Notes under the pieces: generated by a model
What the model was told of the DNA's origin: nothing
The model's database searches: none
Seen by the model: only the letters and a program-made list of their open reading frames with translations
Made by a program: the position numbers and the translations under genes
NCBI GenBank assembly: GCA_046563655.1
Contig: CM102286.1
Coordinates: 6,820,001-6,884,000, forward strand
Reading direction: 5' to 3'
Length of the DNA stretch: 64,000 nucleotides
Source of the DNA: Yuukianura sp. NJ FZ-2021
Taxonomy: Eukaryota
Shown: positions 47,998 through 59,841 of the stretch, in pieces
Position numbering within the stretch: the first letter of the stretch is position 1
How the letters are laid out: each line of letters begins with the position of its first letter

Positions 47998-48877
47998 ATG
48001 AAGCCGGTTTTGGGGTAATATTTCGCCGCCAAGTAGAATACAATAGTCAACATAGACTGTAGATATTAATTATAATAATAATAATTATAATCCAAAATGT
48101 TTTAGATATTGGAATCTACGAGGACGTGTCAATCCAATTCGCATGTTGCTTCACTATGTTGGGGAAGATTTCGAAGACAAGCGATATACAACACCGGAAG
48201 ACTGGTTCGGACAAGACAAAGTGAAATTCCAACAGGGTGTACTGGATTTTCCAAACCTGCCGTATTACATTGACGACACTGTTAAACTTTCGCAGGTCAG
48301 TTTCAAATACATTTGCAAGTGAAAGTTCGCTCATTGCTAAACCTATAGGTAACGTCACTTTTCAGTATTGAGGATTTTTCTTTTTTTACAGACCCGAGCA
48401 ATCTTGCAGTATTTAGGCCGAAAGCACAACCTGATTGGCCAAAGCGAGCAAGAACTTGCGCGAATGGATCTAATCGCTGAACAGTGCGCAGACATGATTT
48501 CCGCCCTTATCACCATCGCATATCCTCCAAATGTTGACAACCGCCAAGAAATCCACGACCTCACGCGGAAAGAGTATCTTGCATCACTCCATCAGAAATT
48601 AGAAGCTATTGCTAAATTCTTAGGAACCAATCAATGGATTGGAGGAAGTCATGTGACCTACGTCGATTTTTGGGTCTACGACATACTGGATTTCAACCGT
48701 CATTTATTCCTTAAGAAACATGTAGACCAATTCCCAACACTCGTTGCGTACATGACTCGAGTTGAAAGCTTGAAAGGAGTCAAAGAATACTTGAATTCAT
48801 CAGCATTTCAAGTACTCCCAATTTTCGGTCCATTTGCTATGTTTGGACAGACCAAGGACTACGTCCCATCTGACTGA
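47998..48877 (+). CDS. GSTM: Glutathione S-transferase, mu class (3 exons)
   Basis: MKPVLG|YWNLRGRVNPIRMLLHY...LDFPNLPYYID...KLSQ|TRAILQYLGRKHNL...VTYVDFWVYDILD; exons 47998-48014, 48106-48295 and 48392-48877. Confidence 0.92.
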
Positions 48878-49208
48878 AATGTCAAAATGCATTGCATCTC
48901 ATAGGATCTGAGGTGTTTTTCGAAAGAATTCTTGGATTCGGGATATCATCCTTCTTTCGGAAGCAGCTTTCAAAAAGTTCTGTTTTTGGATTCAAAATTT
49001 CAAATCTAATGGCTAACTTTTTTTTCATGGTATTAGGCTGAAAACTAAAACTGAAATAATTGAATAAAAACCAACTTCTTAATTGCCTATATTTACTTAA
49101 AGATGGACTGCGGTTTTTAATTGGCCATGTTGGCACCAAGTCGTGCCACTTCGAGTTCTCCGCAGGCAACAGTTTTGGAAACACAGTGAAAATGTAAAAG
49201 TAGTAAAA

Positions 49209-51531
49209 ATGGTGTCATCAACCTATTTCTGTTTTGTACTTATTGCAATGTCTAGTGTATCTTCTGAACAAATTGAAAGAATCACATCAATCTTGGTTAG
49301 TTAGTAAATAATTTTCTGAAAACTTTGAAATATTATTATGGTGTTGTTTTTGCTACAAGGCGGAGCCATTTTTAATGCTGAAGCGAGATCACATAATGTA
49401 CCTCGGAAATGACATTTATGAGGGATATTCAAAAGATTTGGCTGACATGCTCGCAACTCGTCTCAACTTTACTTGTAATGTGTTAACTTCATTGACAAAC
49501 AAAATTTATAATGCTTGATAAACGATACTTGTATGTATTGAAGTCATTTGTTTTTTAAATTTTCCACAGATAGGCTGAGCTTAGTACGGGACAGCAAGTA
49601 TGGAAGACAAACAAACGGCATTTGGAATGGAATGATCGGAGAGCTTCTGGACGAGGCATTCTAATATGAAAAATGACATTTCCGATTGCTTTTGATCATT
49701 TTAGATGATCAAAATGATCAAAGATGAGTTTACTGTAGCCATGTACAGTAATTATTTGATTTATTTAACTTGAAGGGTGTGGCTGACATGTGCATTGCTC
49801 CTTTGACGATTACGAAGGAACGAAGATCTGCGGTTGACTTTTCGACTCCGTTTCTTGAATTTCAATTGGCCATACTTCTGCGAAGACCAGGATTTGGATC
49901 CGATGGGGCTATGATCGTCAACCAATCAACAACAGACAATAAAGGCGTCAATGAGAATCCAATATTTCGCGCTGCTAGCACCGCCGTTTGGATTGCACTT
50001 TTGGGATCCCTAATTACTTTGATTTTCATGTCACTTATAATCGAACTAATCTTCACAAAGAAACTCAGAGAAAGCAAAGACTCAGCAACGACTTCCGGCG
50101 TGGCGCTACAATTCGTATTTTGGATCTTCATCGCCGTATTTCTCACGGCATACGTTGGGGCTTCTGTCTCTTACAGAGTTGTAGAAATACTTCGCGGGAA
50201 TGAAGACGACGCTGTATTGTCTATTAATTCGATTTCGGATTTGGCTTCCCAGGATCAAGTTCGATTTGGCGCCATTAGAGCTGGCAGCACTTTCGACTAC
50301 TTCAAGGTAAAAAGCAGACCTCTTCACACTCAAATCTACTACGTGTTATAAATATTAAAACCGACTAAAAATCAATAGTGTGAGGTAGTACGAAACGTAT
50401 AAAGATAATTTTCAAAAATTCCGAAACCATTTTTCGCGAATAAATGTAAACTGTTATTAGTATGTAACATATAACCTTCAAGTGTAAAGTGTCGCCATCA
50501 AACTCTGACATTGGTTCTAACTGTTTGTATAGGTGTCTCCAGATCGACTCCACCGCAAAATATATTCTATCATGAACAGAGACAAAGTTTCATTGCCTGG
50601 GACCATTGAAGAAGGCGTGTCAAGAGTACGATACGGAACAAGTAATTCCGGATAAACGATTGAAGCACAGATCTAGTTAAAAAATGACAACTATTTTCTA
50701 CATAACTTTTAAATAACTCATTTTCGGCTGTGCCATCTTTATATGTATACCTTTTTTTTTAATTTCTATAGTTTCGAATATGGAAGAACGCATGCGCAGC
50801 GCATCACTCCTTCCATTAAATTAAATGCGTGCTATTTATACGGATATGGAATTGCATAACAAATAATTTGTGATGACTTTAGGCCCATTTGCGTTTATAA
50901 TGGAGTATCCCTATGCAGCATATCAGACGACAGTGAAACCTTGTAACGTTGTAATGGCTCCAAATTATTTTGGCCCGAAAAAAGCCTTCGCCGTAGCGTC
51001 ACGACCAGGCTATTGGTTGAGGTGAGAGTATTAATGCGTTTTTTGCAATTTACGTAATTAGTACATTCATTTTTGGCTCTCAGGGGACAAATAAATTCGG
51101 CGATCTTGACCATGAAGGAGAACGGGGAACTGGATGAATTGGAAGCAAAATGGATGCAACGTACAAATGAATGCGAATCGGAGGCAATATCCAAAGGAGA
51201 GGTGCCTTTTGATACTTAATGAATTCAACCATACAGACTTATTTCTTTTCAATTTTAACTTTCCCTTCTTGCATGCAACTAGGATCAAACAAGTGATACA
51301 GAAGTGACTGTCGAAAATTTCTTGGGAATTGCTTGTATTGTGCCAATTGCTTTTATATTTTCACTCATCGCAGCCGCAATTGAGTTAATATTAGCCAGAA
51401 CGAAAATTAAGGTAAGGTGAACAGATAAGCCAAAAAATCAAATAGTTTTTTTTTGCACTAAAAGATTGATTTTAATGCAGGAAAACACAAATCAAGCACG
51501 CCAAATGATGCAGATGCAAGTACGTGATTAA
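49209..51531 (+). CDS. Ionotropic glutamate receptor-like protein lacking the ATD and the pore loop
   Basis: Signal peptide followed directly by S1 (EPFLM, YEGYSKDL, KYG..WNGMIGEL, IAPLTITKERRSAVDFSTPF), M1, M3, S2 (GSTFDYFK, FAFIME, INSAILTMKENGELDELEAKW) and M4 (NFLGIACIV...AAIE); about 9 exons. Confidence 0.85.
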
Positions 51532-52584
51532 AAAAATTCAATACAGTTTCTTCAATAACCAAAATTTAAATTTTCTTTTTACCTACTTATTTTTCCTAAT
51601 TAAGTCAGGTTTTCATAATAAAGAGTGAGAGCAGTAATCTCTTTTAAGCCAAACTGTTATATTTCCCTATGTAGTCAAAACTAACCTATTTAAGTATACA
51701 TGTGTATCAAGATATTCGTGTGATTGTTTTATTTTTTGCAATAAGTGGAGTTTGTATTTGCAAAAACGTAATGAAAGTACATAAGATAAGTTAGAGGTTG
51801 ACGAATAATTTAAACACTCCCTTCTACATTCAGGATCACCTTGAACAATATTTCTCAAGTGTCGTGCTATCTCCTCGTTGCGGATCAAGGAATTCCTACA
51901 TTATAAAAACTCTATTATCATCGCACCCCTTACTTAATAAAAAGCGAGTAGAGTTGTGAAGTTATCAGCATGGTTGCGTGTATTTTTTTAACAAACTTGA
52001 ATATACGATTAATGGAGTTAAAAATAAAAACAATAATGAAATGAAGTTTGACTAGTTCTCTCTCATTGTCTTTTTTATTCTCCTACCTGTATTTCTATAT
52101 AGAGGATGAGAATTGATTAATATTACTTATCATTGTACTACTCATTGTGTTCAGTTAGCGTTTTTATTCATTGTAAATGAAATGTGTAGTTTTGTTGCGG
52201 AAAATATTACTATACAGTGTGTCAACGAAAGCGAAGCACCACCACTGCGTTCTTAAGTAACGAACACATTAACTATTTAACATCGACTTCAATTAAGTAA
52301 AAGTTTAATGTTTTCCCAGCTATCCTAGTCCCTAACATCAACTAGAGATTGGGCAAGCTAAATACGCTACAAAGTATGGATTTTACGGTATTAAAAAATT
52401 ACCTGGACAACAAGCTTTCTCGGAGTAGCGACGAGGCGTTTGTGACGAGGGGACAGCAAATATTATTTTCCGTCTCCTGGATATCTTAAAACTAAAAACC
52501 AAGCAAAGGAATATCGATTCGACGTTCCAATTTTTCATTTCATCCAATCCTACAAGTGTTGCTTTTACTATTTTAGAAAAGACA

Positions 52585-53033
52585 ATGGGAGTTCCGTTCA
52601 ATTTTACGTGCAGTGGCGTCGGAATTTACGTTTGCTCACGCTGCGGAGGCGAGCTTTTTAGCACGGACAACAAAATTGAAAAGGAAACTCCGTTTCCAAT
52701 CTGTTTTTCCAAAGCAATTGCGGAAAATGTAGTCACTTTGATTCCCCAACCTTCACCAATACCGCCGCCACGTAGAAGACAATCTCTAAATAGGGCACCA
52801 CTTGGAACTGGTATACAGATATCCCAGGTTGGTAACTCGCAGAACATACATAGTCTAGAAAATTCGATTAAGACATTCTTAATTTTTAATCAAAGGTCGC
52901 CTGTGGGAGATGTGGCATTACAATCGGGGAATTCGAAAAAGTTAACGGCCGGAATTGCTTTCTTATAAAATGGCAATCACTACTATTTCAACCGAAGAAA
53001 ACATGCGAAGTTCCGTGGTCATTTCTTCTCTAA
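52585..53033 (+). CDS. MSRB1/SelR-like zinc-binding protein lacking the catalytic Sec/Cys (2 exons)
   Basis: Exons 52585-52827 and 52896-53033: GIYVCSRCGGELFS...PFP..F...|VACGRCG...CFLIKWQSLLFQPK, aligning with MSRB1 GVYVCAKCGYELFS...PWP...VSCGKCG...RFUIFSSSLKFVPK. Confidence 0.75.
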
Positions 53034-53119
53034 AACATTTTGAGTTAGAGCCTTCAGTAATTATAATTAAGAACTCTTATTAGGTAGATCTAAGACCACA
53101 CACATTTAAGAAACTTATA

Positions 53120-53743
53120 CAGTGAGTGCCACGAAAACCTGCACACCCTAAATTTGTTTCCATGGCAACAACTCAAAGTATGGAGGAAATCCTGTTCCTA
53201 CACAACCTGAGTTGAGAATTCGAATTAGAGAGTAATTGCAAACCGAAATACAAAGCGGAAATATGAAATATGGAACTTATTGCACAGCTTGCACGAAGAA
53301 AATTAAACTGTTGTTAAATTAAACAACATGTCAAATTGGAAAATTGTTTATGTGCGCAGTTTATGCGCAGTTGCTATGCAGTTAGTGCGCAGTTTGTGCG
53401 CAGTTGCTGTGTAGTTTGTCCGCAGTTTGTGCGCACAAGTCAATTTTGCCAATCAGCGAATTTTTCTTCCTGTATTCTATATTTCTAATCGAAATATAGG
53501 ACTTTTCTTTATTTCTCATAATCGCAAAATATAGAATATGGAGCATTCCATTCTATATTTTATATTCATATTCTATAAACTCTATAAAGTGAGTTGAAAT
53601 TACTGTCTAATATTATATCTAATAATAGTAATAATCACACAGGATTTTGTTAGGTTGTTTTGTGCAACATGTTTCCCCCCAGATTTCGCAAAATAAACAA
53701 AATAATTACTGTGGAGGTGTGCAGGTTTTCGTGGCACTCATTG
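53120..53743. mobile_element. Tc1/mariner-type MITE
   Basis: TIR CAGTGAGTGCCACGAAAACCTGCACACC / GGTGTGCAGGTTTTCGTGGCACTCATTG flanked by TA; internal GTGCGCAGTT repeats at about 53350-53437. Confidence 0.88.
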
Positions 53744-53861
53744 TATAATATGTTACATTTAACTCCCACGGGGATGAACTGGCATCAATAATAATTCTAT
53801 TTAGTGCTAAGTTAATTAGAAAAAGTTCAAAAATTGTCGACAACATCGCAGACGACGGAAA

Positions 53862-54608
53862 TCATTGCCCTTTCAACTCCAGAAGAATTTCGGTCGCGCT
53901 AGGACTCAAATTAGGTGGGTGGCTTGTATCCTCCTATAATAACGGAAGATATAATATTAGAACTTAGGTAAAATAAGGCGTGATAAGAATGCGTACGTAT
54001 TTAGTCAAAAATAAAATTGGTACCTGTGGAAAATTAGCGAGGTTCTTGTTCGGTGATTTATGAGTAAATTGATTCCACGGCCCCTGGATGCTTGGGTTAT
54101 CTGTTTTCTGATAGCTTTTCAGGCGCATCTCACCAGTTCCACTTGCCGACCGAAAATGATTTATCCATTTACCAACTTCTTCACGGGGAAACTGATGCAA
54201 TGACATCCAGTCACGGTGACCGTTTACTAAAAACAAAAACAAATTTTGTTACCCGTGGTGGAGGGTTCATGATCTGGAAGTGTGTGAAGTTCGCTAAAGA
54301 TGTAACGGTGAACCTAGCTTAGCTCCGTGAAATGAGGACTTACGGTATTCCGTAACGATTACTGGTGACCGATGTCTCCTTGGCTTCAGATAGACAACTA
54401 CTCCAGGGTTGGCCCTTGCAAAGTCCACCAGATCGTTTTCAATGAACTCTCTGACGCCTTGACTACCACCATGACTTTTGCAAAACTTAATCGTCATTCG
54501 CTGGCACTGCTGAACAAACCTGCCTACACCATTCGTCAGTGGTGCATTGATGTATCCTGATTTGAGGAAGAAGTTATAAAACGGCGACGGAGCTCGAATC
54601 AGTGACAT
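53862..54608 (-). CDS. MRPL43: Mitochondrial ribosomal protein L43 (3 exons)
   Basis: [32 protein letters not shown]...[20 protein letters not shown]...EY|VNG...[10 protein letters not shown]...|EDTSHPP...LKGQ*. Confidence 0.95.
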
Positions 54609-54847
54609 TTTTAAACGGAACCAATTCTACTTTAAAAAACGTAGATGTGAAAACCCCAATAAAATAACATAAAGTCTACACACAACAATTAACAAACTAT
54701 AAACAATGAGGGGGGAACTTCGGCAGACAGAAGATCCACTCAATGCGTTGATTCATGCGCTCGGATTGTAACCATTGGGGCATTAAGAAATGATGGGCAG
54801 GCTTTGTGGTTACATTACGTACGGCATTTATTTACACTAACCAGAAG

Positions 54848-55166
54848 GGTTGAAGTAAACTTTGAGGCAGTCCATTGCACCCCCAAATTGCATTGTATTG
54901 TACTCCCCCCCCTATTATAATCCGTGGCGGCAATTTCAAAAAAGCAACAAATCGCCCCCTCTATTGTTGGTTAGGTTAGGTTAGGTTAACATAACCTAAC
55001 TAAGGACGGGGGGTACAGTTCATAAATCTATGCGCAACTGAACAAATCAACAGTAGAGGGGGCGATTTGTTGTGTTTTTGAATTTGCCGCCACGGATTAT
55101 AATGGGGGGGTACAATACAATGCAATTTGGAGGGTACAACGGACTGCCTCAAAGTTTACTTCGACC
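54848..55166. mobile_element. MITE sharing its termini with the 14537 element, 8-bp TSD
   Basis: GGTTGAAGTAAACTTTGAGGCAGTCC... / ...GGACTGCCTCAAAGTTTACTTCGACC; TSD ACCAGAAG at 54840-54847 and 55167-55174; central (GGTTA)n. Confidence 0.9.
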
Positions 55167-56537
55167 ACCAGAAGGGTACTTGGTGAAAACACAATTCGGT
55201 TGACGTAAGGGTGATGATCACTTATGAACTCACAAGTGAATATTACCAGCGTATCACATGCTGTACCTGTACCTCCGATGTCCCAAACAACCGTCATATT
55301 TACAAAATGTCACAATAATGTTTCCTCTAGGTTAGGTTTGTTTGTATTTTTGTACAGTGTGAATGTGGGATTGCCAACTCGAGATTTGTAATAAGGTACA
55401 ATACAATGCTCACAACGGTACAGAAAGGGCCATAACTTTTACGTCAACGTGAATCCAAGATCGGATTAATGAAGGTAAAGCCGTATGAGGTGTGACCACA
55501 ACATTTAAATGTGCATTAATTTGATTGTACTGATTAGTTGTCGCATTCTGGCAATTCATGTCGGTAATCAGATAATGGTCATTTTGAAGCTAGCCTTATA
55601 AAGTGTGTACTTACCTCATCTCATTCGGTATAAGTTACATATTACCTTTCTATTTCAACCATTTAAAGTTAACACGCATCTTTTACCTGTTTCTTTGCTC
55701 GAGGCAATAATTCTAATCAATAATAGACAAACATCAAGCCTTCCTATAAACGTTCGACGTGTTCCTCCATTCTATCGCATTCCGACGACCTTCTACGCCC
55801 GCCCCCTTAAACTCCATAGGTACGCTGGTACATTGACCAGGATAAGCGTCAATCTAACTTGACCTAACGTAGCGTAAAACGGCGACTATGTTGCCGTAAG
55901 TGTAGCCCATCGCTGTAGCCGTGAAATATTTCGCTGTGAAACTTTACTCTCGCTAAAGCGTACTCCAACCAGAGGAATACCTTTTGGCTTGTCATTGTGC
56001 TGATTTTACTCATGTCCGTGAATTCAAACTGCGGTTATTCTTATTAGTATGGACAAACTGACTAATCCTCAGACTTGTGATGTTTACAAAACCTACCAAA
56101 TGCTTCTGAGTAGTAGTGGACCCAGCACATACCGTGGTGAAACGTCAGCCCGAATTCACACACGGTTTTACATAAAGTTTTTTTTATATTGTCTATCGGA
56201 AAGTCGCTGGTTCCTAGAATAAGTAAGTAACGTTGGCTCGTGATATACTTTATCAGTAAAGACTTGGACGATTGTAGTTTGAGAGTTCGATCAGTGGCCG
56301 GTCACTGTCGTCAATTCGATAACTTATAACGTCACATCTCTGGAAGGACAAGAGGTATGACGGCTGACGGCTTGTTTTCGTTTCATAAAAATGTTTTTGC
56401 TTTTGCCGGTTTGTGTGTTCTAATAATATAATTAACCTTGATTCAGACGTATCTATAACACACTACTAGCAAGGTAGTAAAAAAAATACTAATTTCAATT
56501 TGTACTTTTTGAAGCATTCAGGAATTCCTAAGAAGTC

Positions 56538-57949
56538 ATGAGGCCTTCGGAAAACGACGAAATCGACGAGGAGGAGATGCATCGGAAGGCTGAGCAGTAC
56601 AAATTGGAGAAGAACGCTAAAGGTTTCGAGGAACTAATTCAGGAGCTTCAACGAAAACTTTGCCTTCCAAGCAATGAGAGTGTCAGCAAAGCTCGTGCTG
56701 CTCGTTGGGTTCGGAAGTTGGTAGACATGTTCCTGGAGACTGGGAACGCAGACGAAGTCTCTCAGGTTAACGTGTGTCTCAAATGCATCGATTGGGCAAC
56801 AGAAGAGAAGCGAACGTTCCTTCGTCAGTCTCTTCAATGTCGACTGGTTGCAGTCTATTACGATACGAAGGACTACCAGGAGGCACTGAGACTCGGAGGC
56901 ATTCTTCTCAAAGAACTGAAAAAAGTGGACGACAAGAACTTACTCGTAGAAGTACTTTTGCTCGAGAGCAAGACTTACAAAGCTCTAGGGAACTTGCCAA
57001 GAGCAAGAGCTGCCCTTACGAGTGCTCGTACCACTGCTAATTCCATTTATTGTGCTCCGTTTATGCAGGCGGAGTTGGATTTACAATCAGGTAAAAGTTA
57101 TGTTTGTTTTCGTATGAATTTTTCTCTGTCATTCAATGTTAAACGTTCATTGGTTCATTTTCGTGCTAGGAATTCTGCATGCTGCGGACGAGAAAGACTT
57201 CAAAACGGCGTACTCCTATTTCTACGAAGCATTTGAAGGTTTGGATAGTATTGACCACCCCAAGGGACTGGTGACACTCAAGTACATGCTCCTTTGCAAA
57301 ATTATGCTGAACACGTAAGTCTTTGTTTTCGATGAGGTACTGGTCTAATAGTTCTTAGTATGTTCTAATGTTATTCCAATATTTGTGTAGTCCAGAAGAA
57401 GTCAAGCATCTTCTCAGTGGAAAACTTCATCTGAAATATGACGGTAGAGACCTGGAAGCCATGAAAGGAATTGCACATGCTGCTCAAAATCGATCATTAG
57501 CAGAGTTCAATTCTGTTAGAGTGAATTTTCAGGCTGAATTAGAAGGCGACAAAGTTATTCGGTCACATTTGGATGCTGTTTATGATAAAATGATGGAACA
57601 AAATCTCTCCCGTATCATTGAACCATACTCCAAGGTCCAGGTAGGAGTTTATAAAGTAACTAACTACAGAAGGCAGTTAAAACGCATATTCTGATTTACC
57701 CAATTTTGTTTGAATTAGATTTCTCATGTCGCTGCCCAAATTGGCCTCCCAGAATCCGACGTGGAGAAGAAGTTGAGCCAGATGATTCTGGACAAGAAGT
57801 TGGCAGGAGTATTGGACCAAGGTGCAGGGCTTCTGATTATTTTCGACCAAGTTGAGGATAGTAAGGCATACGAAGCTGCTCTTGGTCTTATTCAAAACAT
57901 GGGGAAAGTCGTGGACGGACTCTACCTAAAAGCAAAACATCTTACGTAA
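56538..57949 (+). CDS. PSMD11: 26S proteasome non-ATPase regulatory subunit 11 (Rpn6), 4 exons
   Basis: [64 protein letters not shown], and PCI domain ([25 protein letters not shown]). Confidence 0.95.
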
Positions 57950-59841
57950 AAATATTAAAAAAGCGTTCCTTATTCTGCTAAAACAAAAATTTAACTAATA
58001 ATCTGGGATCGGTTGAAAATAAACAAAGATTTCTCATTCTCAGTTTGTATCCAATTTTCAGTACCCTGTGTTTGCAACAACGCGCTGATGTAGTCGTAGT
58101 ACATAGCTAGTACGTACGTACGTGTCCTTTTAAAAACCAGTTTAAAAGTTGGTAAAAGAAGCTTTTTTAATTTGGCCAGCTTGGCCAGGCCAAGGGTAAA
58201 TAATGATTAAAACTTATTTGTTGGCAATTAGGCAATGTTTTTGGCTGGACATCGTTTAATCGGTGAATATGATGTTTTTTACATAAAATTTAGTATTTGG
58301 TATTAGTATTGTGATTGCGATTTTGCTATCCGCGGTGTATTGCCGGTTTTAATGAATTTCACTGAACTCCGAGGATTAGTTCGCTCATCCTATTCTTCTC
58401 CAGCAAGCAGCTGTTGTTGTTGCAATGCAAAATCCATTGCCCAATTCAAAGTTCAAAAAGCAGCTGACTCTGACTCATCCTATCCTGTTAACCAAAATCA
58501 AAATCTTCCACATTTATTGTCATTTCTTCGTTACGTAATTTTCCTAAACGTCACTAGCAAACAATTACCGACGGCATCTTTAACTAAGGGACCCAATTGT
58601 CTACAACGTCACACAAAACCGAACTGAGCACTGGAAGCCCACCTTAAGCAGCGCTGACATTCCTGACGTAAGTTTTTTAATGGTGCCCATTCGAACTTTT
58701 AATATTATTCTTTTAGTTGAAAAAAAATACTAAAATCAATCATATTCAGTTTGTAACGCAAGGTGTGGAATCCAAACCCAAATTTCTTTTAGTTAGTCGC
58801 ATTAGAGCAGAGGTAAACCAAATTATAATACATTCCAGAAAAATAACATTACTACGACGTGAAACAATTCTTCAGTTGACTTATGAATTATAAGGTTGAC
58901 TTAAAGTCAGTGTTGATCCGCAACAGTTACTCGTTTCAAATATGCATAAAGGATATTTGTCAGGACATTCTGTCGATAAATATGAGCAGAGACAAGGTAA
59001 TCTGGGATGTTAAATCGAAACATTTGCAGGCAAGCAATGAGCCGCATGCGATGACATCGTAAAAAAAATCAGGAAGTGAATTTTTTACTTCCTGTGTCCT
59101 GGTTATTTTTGCTTAGGTTTCAAAGCGTTCTTCTTCTTTTTAATTTATTATTTGTAGCTGAACGTCACAGATGCAACCCAAACTGTTTCATGTATATTCA
59201 TTGATTATTGATTTTTATATATAAAATTTTTATATATATTTAATGTTTGGTTTAATGCTTGCATTATTTTGAATTTCAGATTAAAGAAAATACGCGGCTT
59301 TTGAATCAGCGAATGCCACAAACGAAAATCAACAATTAACTAAGGAAGCTCATCTACTATTTTGCTACGCGGCGGTTTGGCGCTGACTCACACAACAGGA
59401 ACGGATCGCTAATATTTTCAGTTAGTTACTGGGTTTTCTCCTGGGTTCTTCGATACGTATTCCAGAAAATTATTCACTACAGTTAGACCTAATGAATAAT
59501 TGGTATTTGTAGGCTTGTAAGCACACAATACCCGCGCTGTATCAAAAATCACCATGGGTCTTAAAGCGCTGTTCACGGGAATGACCTTGGGGGTTGCGAC
59601 AATTCTTATTCTGTGGTATTACGAAATGTAAGTTTTATTTATTTATTTATTTTTTGCTATCGCGACGCGAATCAAAAGTTATTATGACGATCGTTAGTCC
59701 ATTCAAGAACCAACTCGAACATTTATGGGACGATCAGTTTCACTGGAAAAATAACTTTCCAAAGTGCATCTTGTCTTGTCTTTTCTAGTCTTCTCGTATT
59801 ACATAACAACAATTTCAATCCCGTTTTGCCATTTTTCAACA

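Noticed and set aside
59554..59627. ATG-started hydrophobic exon upstream of ABHD12
   Set aside because: Its phase does not join the ABHD12 frame at the nearest acceptor; it may be UTR or a uORF and cannot be resolved without transcripts.
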